This document shows positions 39,128-48,850 of a stretch of 64,000 nucleotides of DNA, one piece after another. The notes beneath the pieces were generated by a model. That model ran no database searches. It was not told where the DNA came from and saw only the letters and a list, made by a program, of their open reading frames with translations. The position numbers and the translations under genes are program-made. Numbering within the stretch: position 1 is the stretch's first letter; each line of letters starts with the position of its first letter. This DNA comes from Candidatus Fermentithermobacillaceae bacterium DTU015. GTDB taxonomy: Bacteria > Bacillota > Sulfobacillia > Fermentithermobacillales > Fermentithermobacillaceae. Where the stretch lies: positions 18,161 through 82,160 of the forward strand of contig LFST01000046.1 of assembly GCA_001513185.1 (NCBI GenBank). The letters are read 5' to 3'.

Positions 39128-40229
39128 ATGTACGAACAGGTGATCAGTGAATTTGAGTCGCTCAAGGAAAGATTAAGCAATATCGGGAGGTCTCTTTGAC
39201 TTCCCTAAACTCCAGCAGCAACTTGAAGAGCTAAAGAAGCAAATGGAGGATCCGTCAATTTGGCAGGACCAGCAGCGGGCCAAGAAAGTTGGTACCGACA
39301 TCAGCCGGATTGAAGGCAAGATCCAGCGGTATCAGGAACTTGAGGCCCTCATAAGGGACAGCATTGAGATCGCCCAATTGGCAGAACTCGAAGGGGATAT
39401 GGGGCTTCTGGACGATCTTACCGGGTCTGCCAGAGAAGCTGCTGCTAAAGTGCGGCAACTTGAACTTGAGACTCTGCTTTCAGGGGAATATGACTCAAGG
39501 GATGCAATTGTAACCCTCCATGCAGGTGCCGGCGGTACCGAAGCCATGGACTGGGTGAGCATGCTTTACCGGATGTACTCCCGTTGGGCTGAGCGCAAGG
39601 GCTTCAAGGTCGAAACCCTCGACATTCTCCCCGGCGAAGAAGCCGGGCTTAAGAGCGTAAGCTTTTCTGTGAGGGGGGATTATGCCTACGGTTTCTTGCG
39701 CACAGAAAAAGGGGTTCACAGGCTTGTGAGGATATCGCCTTTTGACGCGAACCAACGCCGCCACACCTCGTTTGCGTCAGTGGATGTGCTGCCTGAGATC
39801 GAGGAAGACACCGAGATCGATATAAAACCCGAAGAACTCAAGATCGATACCTTCAGGTCATCAGGCGCAGGCGGGCAGCATGTCAACAAGACCGATTCGG
39901 CAGTGAGGATCACCCATATTCCCACCGGGATAGTAGTAACGTGTCAAAACGAGCGGTCCCAGCACTCCAACAGGCTGGTGGCCATGAGGATGCTCAAGGC
40001 TAAGCTGCTGGCCCTCAAGGAAGAGGAGAGGCAGAAGCAAATCGAAGCCCTCAGAGGGCCCCACAAGGAGATCGCATGGGGCAGCCAGATAAGGTCATAT
40101 GTGTTCCAGCCGTATACCTTGGTCAAAGACCACCGCACCGGGGTTGAGGCCGGCAACGTGGAAAGGGTTATGGATGGCGACATAGACGATTTCATCTATG
40201 CCAAGCTGAGGCAGGACGCTTCAGGTTAA
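39128..40229 (+). CDS. prfB: Peptide chain release factor 2, expressed by a programmed +1 frameshift (ORF0 39128-39199, shift at CTT TGA C)
   Basis: A short upstream ORF MYEQVISEFESLKERLSNIGRSL ends at in-frame TGA 39197-39199, preceded by GGGAGG. The +1 frame continues DFPKLQQQLEELKKQMEDPS... into the 328-aa body, which carries SPF and GGQ (RSSGAGGQHVNKT) motifs. Confidence 0.9.
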
Positions 40230-40253
40230 GCAGGCGGGAAAGGAGAGCCCGGA

Positions 40254-40673
40254 ATGGCAAACAAGCAGAAAGCAATGGTTTATGCAGTGTTGCTTTTGGC
40301 GGCTGGGGCCGTGCTTGGGTGGCTGGGTAAAGGATTTGCCGCTTCGGACATGCCCCTGCCGGGCAGCGAAGGCGACCCGTTGGTTACCCGGGCGTATGTT
40401 GAGTCCAGGCTGAAAATGCATGTGGTTGAACTGGCCCCAGGGCAAGCCCTGAAAGGGTTTTCAGGCACTGAAATCATCCTCAGAGGAGGACAAGCTACCA
40501 TAATCGACTCGGAACTTGGAGGGATATGCGATGCCACCGCGGGCATAGATCTCAGGGGTGGCGAAGCGGTCCCAAGCAACCACCTGCTAATCGTGCCTAG
40601 GGATGACGGCAGGGGGATCAGGGCTCAAAGCTCTGTAATAGTCATGGTTAGAGGAGATTTTGTAATAGAATAA
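40254..40673 (+). CDS. Hypothetical secreted or membrane-anchored protein
   Basis: 139 aa. N-terminal hydrophobic segment (MVYAVLLLAAGAVLGWLG), then a Gly-rich beta-type domain. No recognised family. Confidence 0.5.
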   Translation: MANKQKAMVYAVLLLAAGAVLGWLGKGFAASDMPLPGSEGDPLVTRAYVESRLKMHVVELAPGQALKGFSGTEIILRGGQATIIDSELGGICDATAGIDLRGGEAVPSNHLLIVPRDDGRGIRAQSSVIVMVRGDFVIE

Positions 40674-40689
40674 GGCCCACTCAAGATAC

Positions 40690-41781
40690 TTACCCGAGGT
40701 AGCTCAAGACCATATCTATGTTTTCCTGGGCCAGTGAGCGGAACTGTGGCAACTGCCTGCACAGCACCTGGCTCAGCTTGTGTTTGTCTTGCATAAGGCG
40801 CTCAAATTCTGGTTTGACATCGAAGTTGGGACTCCCAGGATCGGGGTTTGGCAGTACCGGGCACCCGGCGCTCCTGCAGAACGCTCCGATCTTGGGATCT
40901 ATCTCTATTCCCATAAAGGGCACCCCGGCCCTGGCCGAGAGTATCAGGGTGTGCAAGCGCATCCCAAGGCAGTACTCTGCCTTGCCCAGGAGGCTCAAGG
41001 CATCTTCAGGGGAGATGCCCCACACGGTGCCCAGGGGTCCGGCATTGGCTGAAACTAGCCGGCGGTTAAGGTCATGGGCTACCGCCAAATCACGCTCTTG
41101 CATGGCCAGAAAGCCCGGTTCATAACCTTCTTGCCTTAACCAGACCACCAGGTCAGCCAGGTGGTCCATGAGCCATGGCGGCAGGTTCATCTGGCGCAAA
41201 GCCAGCCACACAATGGACTTGGCCGGATCAATGCCGTGCTGTTTGAGGATTGAATCAGCTAGTTCTTCAGGCGAAGGGTCCAACAAGAACGCCGGATCTG
41301 CAGTGACCTTTATTTCCAAGGGTACCCCCAGCCTTTGGAGTTCGGCTTTGGATTCCGCATCCCTGACGGTTATGGCTTTGGCTTTGGACAAGGTATGCCT
41401 GGTGAGGGTCCTGCCGATTCTGGAACTTATCGGGCCAATCCCGTTGGCATACACTACCACCGGCTTTCCAAGCAAATGGGACAGCTGGATGATGGATAGG
41501 TAGTAGATTAGGGACCTCAGGGAGGTGACGTCCTGGAGCAAGCTGCCTCCGCCAAACACCACCAGGTCTGCCTGGTTAATAGCTTTTCCCACCTGGAAGA
41601 TGTCCATCCTCTGGAATGCCTTTACACCGTAGCTTGTACAGGTTTGCTCCGGGTCTTTGGACAACACCATGATATCCAAGCCGGGGCGTGCTTTCCTAAG
41701 CGCTTTGACCGTGGAAGCGAGGATTGCTTCATCTCCTGTATTGCCAAAACCGTAGTATCCGGATAGGAGGATACGCTTCAC
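40690..41781 (-). CDS. csaB: Polysaccharide pyruvyl transferase CsaB
   Basis: ILLSGYYGFGNTGDEAIL...VVFGGGSLLQD...VYANGIGP. PS_pyruv_trans family with the CsaB-type N-terminus. Confidence 0.85.
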   Translation of the reverse strand: MKRILLSGYYGFGNTGDEAILASTVKALRKARPGLDIMVLSKDPEQTCTSYGVKAFQRMDIFQVGKAINQADLVVFGGGSLLQDVTSLRSLIYYLSIIQLSHLLGKPVVVYANGIGPISSRIGRTLTRHTLSKAKAITVRDAESKAELQRLGVPLEIKVTADPAFLLDPSPEELADSILKQHGIDPAKSIVWLALRQMNLPPWLMDHLADLVVWLRQEGYEPGFLAMQERDLAVAHDLNRRLVSANAGPLGTVWGISPEDALSLLGKAEYCLGMRLHTLILSARAGVPFMGIEIDPKIGAFCRSAGCPVLPNPDPGSPNFDVKPEFERLMQDKHKLSQVLCRQLPQFRSLAQENIDMVLSYLG

Positions 41782-41957
41782 ATCACAGCACTCCGTTTCC
41801 TTAACACAACCGGCGTTTTCCCCTTGTTAGCTTCTGAGGGGATCATAACAGAAAAACCCTGTCGTCCCAAGCGGCAATAACTCGGTGCGAAAACAAAGGA
41901 TTGGATGGACTTGTTGTAGAAATGTGGCGTAAGATACTCATGGTGCATTAGAAAAGG

Positions 41958-42764
41958 GTGAATGTTGACTTGAGTGTAAGAATCTTGGGTGTGGAATTTT
42001 ATCCCATAACCTTTCAGGGTGCACTTAATGCCTTGGATTGGATGATCACGCGGGATGACAACTGCACCAGGCTTGTGGTGACCGCAAATCCAATCATGGT
42101 GATGGCTGCTCAGAGAGACCAGGCTTTCATGGAGATCTTAGAAAATGCCCATCTAATTGTACCCGACGGGGTGGGCATCCTTTGGGCTGCCAGAAAGCAA
42201 GGAGTAGAACTCCCTGAAAGGGTTACGGGAGTAGATCTTGCCTATGCCCTTCTGAGGAAGCAACCTTCCCCCAGGTTCTTCTTGCTCGGCGGCAAGCCCG
42301 GGGTGGCACAACAGGCTGCCGAAAACGTGACCCATTCCATACCCGGTGTCAGTATATGCGGCACCTACCACGGTTATTTTAGGCCGGAAGAAGAGGAAAA
42401 AGTGGTGGAGCAAATCGCTGCTGCCCGGCCTGATGTGATTTTCTGCGCCATGGGTTCTCCCAAACAGGAGAAGTTCATCTGGAAATACAGGAACCGTCTG
42501 GGAGCTAAAGTGGGGATCGGGCTGGGAGGAGTGCTGGACATACTGTCAGGGACCAAGAAGCGGGCCCCTGAACCTATACAACAAGCAGGCTTGGAATGGC
42601 TCTGGAGGATGCTCCTGGAGCCTAAGCGTATCGTGCGCAACCTAGCTCTCTTGGAGTTTGCCTTACGGGTTCAACTACAAAGCTGGTTTGACCGAACAAG
42701 CAACAAAGGGGAGTCACATGATGCACAAGCTCGGGAACAACGAGAGTCAGATACGATTTATTGA
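41958..42764 (+). CDS. tagA: WecG/TagA/CpsF-family glycosyltransferase (N-acetylmannosaminyltransferase-like)
   Basis: ILGV.F......ALN.L......RLVVTANP..VM...Q...F...L..A.LIVPDGVGILWAAR pattern. Divergent from csaB. Confidence 0.85.
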   Translation: MNVDLSVRILGVEFYPITFQGALNALDWMITRDDNCTRLVVTANPIMVMAAQRDQAFMEILENAHLIVPDGVGILWAARKQGVELPERVTGVDLAYALLRKQPSPRFFLLGGKPGVAQQAAENVTHSIPGVSICGTYHGYFRPEEEEKVVEQIAAARPDVIFCAMGSPKQEKFIWKYRNRLGAKVGIGLGGVLDILSGTKKRAPEPIQQAGLEWLWRMLLEPKRIVRNLALLEFALRVQLQSWFDRTSNKGESHDAQAREQRESDTIY

Positions 42765-43563
42765 ACAAAAGGCCCGGGAGATCAGGATAGATATTGTGAA
42801 GATGACCGGCAAGGCCGGGTCGGGGCACCCTGGCGGGTCTCTTTCCGCTGCAGATATAGTTGCAGCCTTATACTTCGGAGACGTACTGCGGGTAAGACCT
42901 GGGGAACCTGACTGGCCCGACAGGGACAGGTTTGTGTTGAGCAAAGGCCATGCCGCGCCGGTGCTCTATGCGGCTTTAGCCAGGAAGGGATTTTTCCCCG
43001 TGGAGTGGCTGGATACCCTCAGGCAGCTTGGTTCGCCTCTCCAGGGGCACCCAGACTGTAAGCAAGTGCCGGGTGTGGAAGTGTCTACAGGCTCTTTAGG
43101 CCAGGGGCTTTCAATGGCTGTAGGGATGGCCTTAGCCGGTAAACTCGGCCGGAAGGATTACAAGGTGTGGGTGCTCCTAGGTGACGGGGAATGCCAGGAA
43201 GGCCAGGTATGGGAAGCTGCCATGGCTGCCAGCCACTACAAGCTGGATAACCTGATTGCCATCGTTGACCACAACGGGCTTCAGATAGACGGCAAGACAG
43301 AAGACGTAATGAGCGTGGATCCGCTCGGAGACAAATTCAAGGCATTTGGCTGGCAGGTGCTTTCAGTGGACGGCCACAACATCCCGAGCCTCATGGAAGT
43401 GTTCGGGCAGGCCATGGGCGTCAAGGATAAACCTACGGTAATAGTGGCTGAGACTGTCAAGGGCAAAGGGGTCAGCTTTATGGAAAACCAGAAAGACTGG
43501 CACGGAAAAGCCCCCGACGCCGCCCAACTGGAGCAGGCACTGAAGGAGTTAACGGCTGTTTAA
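42718..43563 (+). CDS. Transketolase, N-terminal (TPP-binding) subunit of a split enzyme
   Basis: GSGHPGGSLSAADI..ALYF...DRDRFVLSKGHA...GDGECQEG. ATG at 42718 after AAAGGGGAG. The frame overlaps the tagA 3' end by about 46 nt. Confidence 0.88.
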   Translation: MMHKLGNNESQIRFIEQKAREIRIDIVKMTGKAGSGHPGGSLSAADIVAALYFGDVLRVRPGEPDWPDRDRFVLSKGHAAPVLYAALARKGFFPVEWLDTLRQLGSPLQGHPDCKQVPGVEVSTGSLGQGLSMAVGMALAGKLGRKDYKVWVLLGDGECQEGQVWEAAMAASHYKLDNLIAIVDHNGLQIDGKTEDVMSVDPLGDKFKAFGWQVLSVDGHNIPSLMEVFGQAMGVKDKPTVIVAETVKGKGVSFMENQKDWHGKAPDAAQLEQALKELTAV

Positions 43564-43610
43564 GCGAGATAGATAACCACGTACGCAATACTTGGAAAAG
43601 GTGATATGGA

Positions 43611-44594
43611 ATGGCTGAGATGAAGGCAACACGAGACGCTTACGGAGAGACCTTGGTAGAACTGGGCAGGGAAAATCCTGATATAGTAGTACTTGACGCA
43701 GACCTGTCGTCGTCAACCAGGACCTCTCTTTTTGCCAAAGAGTTTCCTGAAAGGTTTTTCAACGTCGGCATAGCTGAAGCCAATATGATGGGGATAGCTG
43801 CAGGCCTGGCCCATTCTGGCAAGATTGTTTTTGCATCTACCTTTGCAGTGTTCGCCACAGGCAGGGCGTACGACCAGATCCGCCAGTCCATTGTGTACCC
43901 TGGGTTTAACGTGAAGATCGCAGCTTCCCACGCGGGGATCACCGTGGGCGAAGACGGAGCCACCCACCAAGCCTTGGAAGATATCGCCCTTATGCGGGCA
44001 CTGCCGGGGATGACGGTGCTGGTGCCGTGTGATGCCAGGCAAACCCGGCTGGCTGTAAGGGCTGCTGCTGCCTACCAAGGACCGGTGTACATACGGCTGG
44101 GCAGGGCCAAAGTGCCCCAGGTGTACCCTGATGATGCCGGGTTCGAGATTGGCAAAGGGTTGGTGCTATGGCCAGAGCCCGAGGTCCCGGGAGGGTACAA
44201 AACCGTTTTGGCTGAGAACCGCCGGTTTGATGTTGCTTTTGTGGGGTGCGGGATCACCGTGGGGCTAGCCCTGGAAGCAGCCCGTACCCTTGAACAAGAT
44301 GGAATATCGTGCCTGGTTGCAGATATGGCGTCGGTAAAGCCCATCGATGAAGAGCTGCTGGCTAAGATCGCAAGGAGCAGCGGTGCCATAATTGCGTGCG
44401 AAGAGCACAGTGTGATCGGCGGTTTGGGCAGTGCCGTGTGCGAGGTTACCGCCCGCAGCCATCCTGTAAGGGTGGTAAGGTTGGGGGTGAACGACCAGTT
44501 CGGCGAATCCGGACCGGCAGGAGCGCTCCTTGAAAAATACGGGTTTACTAGTGAGCGGTACTGCCAAGTGGCGCGGGGGCTGGTGGGCAGATAG
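43611..44594 (+). CDS. Transketolase, C-terminal (pyrimidine-binding) subunit
   Basis: TRDAYGETL..LG..NPDIVVLDADLS.ST....F...FPERFFNVGIAEANM. Confidence 0.9.
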   Translation: MAEMKATRDAYGETLVELGRENPDIVVLDADLSSSTRTSLFAKEFPERFFNVGIAEANMMGIAAGLAHSGKIVFASTFAVFATGRAYDQIRQSIVYPGFNVKIAASHAGITVGEDGATHQALEDIALMRALPGMTVLVPCDARQTRLAVRAAAAYQGPVYIRLGRAKVPQVYPDDAGFEIGKGLVLWPEPEVPGGYKTVLAENRRFDVAFVGCGITVGLALEAARTLEQDGISCLVADMASVKPIDEELLAKIARSSGAIIACEEHSVIGGLGSAVCEVTARSHPVRVVRLGVNDQFGESGPAGALLEKYGFTSERYCQVARGLVGR

Positions 44595-44692
44595 ATACAG
44601 GCGCCCATCACCCTTTTCCAGTTTTTTCGGGAACAGGATTGAGTCATATTATGTCGAATAATATGTAAGCGCAGGTGTTGGTAGTTCGGTAG

Positions 44693-45385
44693 GTGACATT
44701 TTCATTGATTAGCTTTAGAAACGTTTCCAAGGTCTACAATGGCAACGTGAAGGCGCTCGACAGGGTGTCTTTGCAGATAGATAAAGGTGAATTTGTTTTC
44801 ATCGTGGGTGCAAGCGGCGCAGGCAAATCCACCCTGATAAAGATGATGTACAGGGAGGAGACGCCTTCCAGCGGGCAAGTTTTTGTTTTAGGGAAGGATT
44901 TGGCCAAGATGCGGAAGCGTGAGGTCCCGTACTTAAGGCGCAGGATTGGAGTGGTGTTTCAGGACTTCAAGCTCTTGAAGGATAAGAATGCTTGGGAAAA
45001 CGTAGCTTTTGCGCTTGAGGTTACAGGTACCCCCAGACGCGAAGTGAACCGGAGGGTCACCCAAGTGCTCAACATGGTGGGGCTGTTGGACAGGCGGAAT
45101 GCCTTCCCCAACGAGCTCTCAGGAGGGGAACAACAGCGGATAGCGATAGCACGGGCGCTTGTACGGAACCCTGATATCCTGCTTGCGGACGAGCCTTCAG
45201 GCAACCTTGACCCCGAGACAGCCATGGAAATCTTCGCCATCCTGGAACGTGTCAACCTTTACGGGACCACGGTGGTTGTAGCCACCCATGCCCACGATAT
45301 CGTAGACAACCTGAGAAAGAGGGTAGTGGAACTCAGGGACGGTGCCATCGTACGAGATGAAAGAAGAGGGGCGTATCACTATTGA
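44693..45385 (+). CDS. ftsE: Cell-division ABC transporter ATP-binding protein FtsE
   Basis: ISFRNVSKVY...GASGAGKSTLIKM...LSGGEQQRIAIARAL. The likely true start is the TTG at 44705. Confidence 0.93.
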   Translation: MTFSLISFRNVSKVYNGNVKALDRVSLQIDKGEFVFIVGASGAGKSTLIKMMYREETPSSGQVFVLGKDLAKMRKREVPYLRRRIGVVFQDFKLLKDKNAWENVAFALEVTGTPRREVNRRVTQVLNMVGLLDRRNAFPNELSGGEQQRIAIARALVRNPDILLADEPSGNLDPETAMEIFAILERVNLYGTTVVVATHAHDIVDNLRKRVVELRDGAIVRDERRGAYHY

Positions 45386-46266
45386 GGCTCTTAGGATACA
45401 TATTTTCTCAGACCTTCCGCAGTATATGGCGGAATAAGCTTTCGTCGTTCCTTTCCTCCCTTACCACGGGTTTTGCCCTCTTTCTGCTTGGGATCAGTTT
45501 CTTGGTCAGCATAAATCTGGGTTTCATGTACGAGATGGCTGAGACCCAGATGGAGATCCAGGCTTACATGGATAAAGAAGCTACGCAAACCCAGCTGGCA
45601 AGCGCCGTGAGCCAGATACGGGAAATACCGGGAGTCGCGGAAGTCAAGTTTGTGAGCAAAGAGGATGCTCTTGAAGAACTCAAGGAGATGTTCAAAGACA
45701 AAGCGTCAGTGCTGGACTCCCTGGAAGAGGACAATCCATTGCCTCCCAGCGTCAGGATAAAGACTGCTGGTGCGGAACACATCCCGGCAGTGGTGGAAGC
45801 CCTTCAAGCCTTTGATATTGTGGACGATGTAATGTATCAGGAAGAAGTCTCAAGGCGGCTTGTGCAAATCGGCAAGGCTGTGCAATACCTGTCCCTTGGC
45901 GGGATGTTGGTTGTAGGGCTCGTGTCGGTGATGGTCATCGCCAATTCAATAAGGCTGACCATCGACGCCAGGAGGCAGGAAATCGGGATAATGAAACTGG
46001 TAGGGGCTACTGACGGCTTTGTCATGACGCCTTTTCTGTTTGAAGGGGTGTTGCTCGGATTTCTGGGCAGCGCAATAGGCACGGGATTTGCGGTCTGGGT
46101 CTATAACTGGGTTGCCATGAAGATCGCCGAGTTTATCCCGTTCATGCCTATCGTGGGCCTGGATCCGGACGCCCTATGGCAAATGTTCGGCATTATGGCC
46201 TTGACAGGTGTCATGGTTGGCCTGGCAGGTTCAGCGTTTTCAGTGAGGCGGCATCTTAGAGTCTAG
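45382..46266 (+). CDS. ftsX: Cell-division ABC transporter permease FtsX
   Basis: Four TM segments with a large extracellular loop. Start overlaps the ftsE stop. Confidence 0.9.
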   Translation: MRLLGYIFSQTFRSIWRNKLSSFLSSLTTGFALFLLGISFLVSINLGFMYEMAETQMEIQAYMDKEATQTQLASAVSQIREIPGVAEVKFVSKEDALEELKEMFKDKASVLDSLEEDNPLPPSVRIKTAGAEHIPAVVEALQAFDIVDDVMYQEEVSRRLVQIGKAVQYLSLGGMLVVGLVSVMVIANSIRLTIDARRQEIGIMKLVGATDGFVMTPFLFEGVLLGFLGSAIGTGFAVWVYNWVAMKIAEFIPFMPIVGLDPDALWQMFGIMALTGVMVGLAGSAFSVRRHLRV

Positions 46267-46285
46267 ACCACCGGAGGTACATACC

Positions 46286-47437
46286 ATGAGGAGAGGAAAA
46301 ACCGCTTACTATTTGTGCGCGTTTGCCCTGGTTGTGGTATTGGCCATGCATACCCTTCCTGTGGCCAGGGCCGGCGTACTTGACGAGAAGTATGCCGAAT
46401 TGCAGCAAATGCAGAAACAGATTGAAGAAACCAGAAAACAAATCGAAGCCAAACGACAATCAGAAAATTCTGTACTCAAAGAACTGGAACAGCTTGAACT
46501 TGAACTGGAACTTGCCCAACGGGAACTCGACTATCTCATGGCAAGGATGCAGTACCTCTCTGACAGGATAGCTGAGACCGAGAAAGAAATTGCTGAGGTC
46601 GAAAAGAAGACACAAGAAACAAAGGACCTGTTTTGCGATAGGCTGGTATGCATGTATAAGGCAGGAAGGATCTCCTACCTTGAAGTGCTTTTGGACTCAA
46701 AGAGCGTGTCCGAATTCATGGCCCGGCTGTATTACCTACGTGAGATCGCCCAGGAGGACGCGCGCCTTATAGAAGAATACAAGGCACTTAGGCAAGAACT
46801 TGCCGAAAAGAAGGCTTTGCTCGAACAAGATGTACAAGCCCTTTCCCTAGCCAAGGCCGAACAGGAGCAAAGAAGGGCTGCAGTGGCTTCCCGCAGCGCT
46901 GACAGGGAGCGGTATCTGGCCCAGATCCAACAGGATCGCAAGCAATTAGAAGCAGCCTTAGACGAGTTCGAACGGCAATCCAAGGCCCTGGAGCAGGTCA
47001 TCAGGGAACTCCAGGCCCAAGGCCATCAGCGGGAGAAAAAAGAAGGGCTTGCCATGATACGGCCTGTGTCAGGCGGATGGGTAAGCTCTGAATACGGCAA
47101 CAGGTGGCACCCTGTGTTACAGTACTACAGGTTCCATTCAGGTATCGACATCGCCGTCAACAGCGGTACGCCTATTATGGCTGCAGAAGACGGTACCGTG
47201 ATTGTGGCCACTTTTGATTCTGGTTACGGCAATTACGTGGTGATAGACCACGGCGGAGGTATATCTACGCTGTACGCCCATTGTTCAAAACTGCTTGTAA
47301 GTGTGGGCGACGTAGTGACCAGGGGACAGACCATCGCCCTTGTGGGGAGCACGGGGCTGTCTACAGGACCTCACCTCCACTTTGAGGTCCGGGTCAACGG
47401 GGCTACCGACAACCCCAGGAACTGGGTAAGCTTCTAG
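46286..47437 (+). CDS. Coiled-coil M23 peptidoglycan endopeptidase (EnvC/PcsB-like FtsEX partner)
   Basis: Signal peptide, about 220 aa of heptad-rich coiled coil, and a C-terminal intact M23 domain (HSGIDIA ... HLHFEVRVNG). Confidence 0.88.
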   Translation: MRRGKTAYYLCAFALVVVLAMHTLPVARAGVLDEKYAELQQMQKQIEETRKQIEAKRQSENSVLKELEQLELELELAQRELDYLMARMQYLSDRIAETEKEIAEVEKKTQETKDLFCDRLVCMYKAGRISYLEVLLDSKSVSEFMARLYYLREIAQEDARLIEEYKALRQELAEKKALLEQDVQALSLAKAEQEQRRAAVASRSADRERYLAQIQQDRKQLEAALDEFERQSKALEQVIRELQAQGHQREKKEGLAMIRPVSGGWVSSEYGNRWHPVLQYYRFHSGIDIAVNSGTPIMAAEDGTVIVATFDSGYGNYVVIDHGGGISTLYAHCSKLLVSVGDVVTRGQTIALVGSTGLSTGPHLHFEVRVNGATDNPRNWVSF

Positions 47438-47460
47438 GACAAAATTTTCTAGGCAGATTC

Positions 47461-47505
47461 CAGGCTGCCGGCGGGAAGTGGGCGCCGGCAGCCTGGTTTG
47501 TTATT
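47461..47505 (+). terminator. Rho-independent terminator
   Basis: Perfect 13-bp stem CAGGCTGCCGGCG / CGCCGGCAGCCTG with an 8-nt loop, followed by GTTTGTTATTT. Confidence 0.85.
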
Positions 47506-47680
47506 TGGCACAAGGCGGACAGTTTGAATGTGTGCTAGGTTCCGTCTGGTGTAGAGGGAATCATGCAGTTGTGCTAGACTGAAATAAACTAATGCGATTC
47601 GGTAGTTTCAGACTAATCTGTCAGTTACCGTGTAAACGTATGTAAGGTATGTGAGGAAACCAAGAAAGACGGTGATGTAA

Positions 47681-48802
47681 GTGGATATGATACCCAGGTC
47701 CAAGGCCATTAGATTATGCATCGTCTCCGCCCTGGCGGCAGCCCTGGTGGCAGTGGGATTGGGAGGATATGCGCTCACACAGTTTACTCCTGTCGGCAAG
47801 GTCATCAGCATTATCCGCCTGTTGGACCAGACCTATTACCAAGACTTTGACCATGCAGAGATCTTAGAAGGCGCCGCAAGGGGCGTTGTGGCGGCTTTGG
47901 GCGACCCATATACCGTATACATGACCCAGGAAGAATGGTATGAGTTTTACATACGTACCAGCGGCGAGTATTCGGGCATCGGGGTGACTATAACCGAGAA
48001 AGACGGCGGGGTATGTATCGTATCGCCTATGAAGGGCACTCCTGCTGAAGCCGCGGGACTCCAGGTCAACGACTTCATCCTGAAAGTTGATGGCAAGCCG
48101 GTATCCAGCGGCGACGAAGCCGCAGCCCTCATAAGGGGGCCTGCCGGTACCGAGGTTGTGCTTACCATCTACAGGGACGGAGACACCTTCGACGTGACCA
48201 TAGTGAGAGAAGACATAACCATCCCTGCCGTGGATTACTCCATGATGGACGACGGAATAGGCTATATTGAACTCATAACCTTCAATGAAAGGTCTGCCCT
48301 GGCTATGACCGAAGCCATGCTTGCACTTGATTCCCAGGGGGCAAAGGCGATCATCCTGGATCTGCGCTACAACGGCGGCGGGCTTTTGGACCGGTGCATC
48401 GACATCGCCAGGCTGTTTGTACCTGAAGGCACCGTGGTAACCATAAAGGGGAAGTCTTTTGAGGAGACCACTTACGTGTCTCAGGGGCCGGGGATAGATA
48501 AGCCTTTGTTCGTTTTGGTCAACGGAGGTACTGCCAGCGCTTCTGAAATCCTGGCCGGAGCCATACAAGACTACCAGGTGGGGACTTTGATCGGCACCAC
48601 CACCTTCGGCAAAGGCCTGGTGCAGAATTCGTTCAAGTTAAAAGATGGTTCTGTTGTAAAAGTGACCATAGCTGAGTATTTTACTCCTAGCGGGCGTTCG
48701 ATCAATGGCGTTGGAATTGAGCCTGACATAATTGTGGAAGGAGATGACGCGCAGCTGGCCAAGGCAGTTGAGTTAGCCAGGGCTGCCATCTCAGACACTT
48801 AG
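47681..48802 (+). CDS. ctpA: Carboxyl-terminal processing protease (S41, PDZ-containing; CtpA/CtpB)
   Basis: TM anchor, PDZ (GIGVTI..KDGGVCIVSPMKGTPAEAAGL), and S41 motifs (GGGLLD ... GTASASEILAGA). Confidence 0.9.
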   Translation: MDMIPRSKAIRLCIVSALAAALVAVGLGGYALTQFTPVGKVISIIRLLDQTYYQDFDHAEILEGAARGVVAALGDPYTVYMTQEEWYEFYIRTSGEYSGIGVTITEKDGGVCIVSPMKGTPAEAAGLQVNDFILKVDGKPVSSGDEAAALIRGPAGTEVVLTIYRDGDTFDVTIVREDITIPAVDYSMMDDGIGYIELITFNERSALAMTEAMLALDSQGAKAIILDLRYNGGGLLDRCIDIARLFVPEGTVVTIKGKSFEETTYVSQGPGIDKPLFVLVNGGTASASEILAGAIQDYQVGTLIGTTTFGKGLVQNSFKLKDGSVVKVTIAEYFTPSGRSINGVGIEPDIIVEGDDAQLAKAVELARAAISDT

Positions 48803-48850
48803 CGATATAGACACCTAGTGACATAGACACATAGTGACTCGGTCACGTAC

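Noticed and set aside
42658-42717. Listed transketolase ORF start at 42658
   Set aside because: The upstream extension lacks an RBS and lies inside tagA. The ATG at 42718 after AAAGGGGAG gives the canonical N-terminus. The residual overlap with the tagA end is left as an open question.
47575-47615. Imperfect inverted repeat CTAGACTGAAA ... TTTCAGACTAA upstream of ctpA
   Set aside because: Only 9/10 pairing with a 21-nt loop, AT-rich, and no clear function. It could be a minor operator but the evidence is weak.
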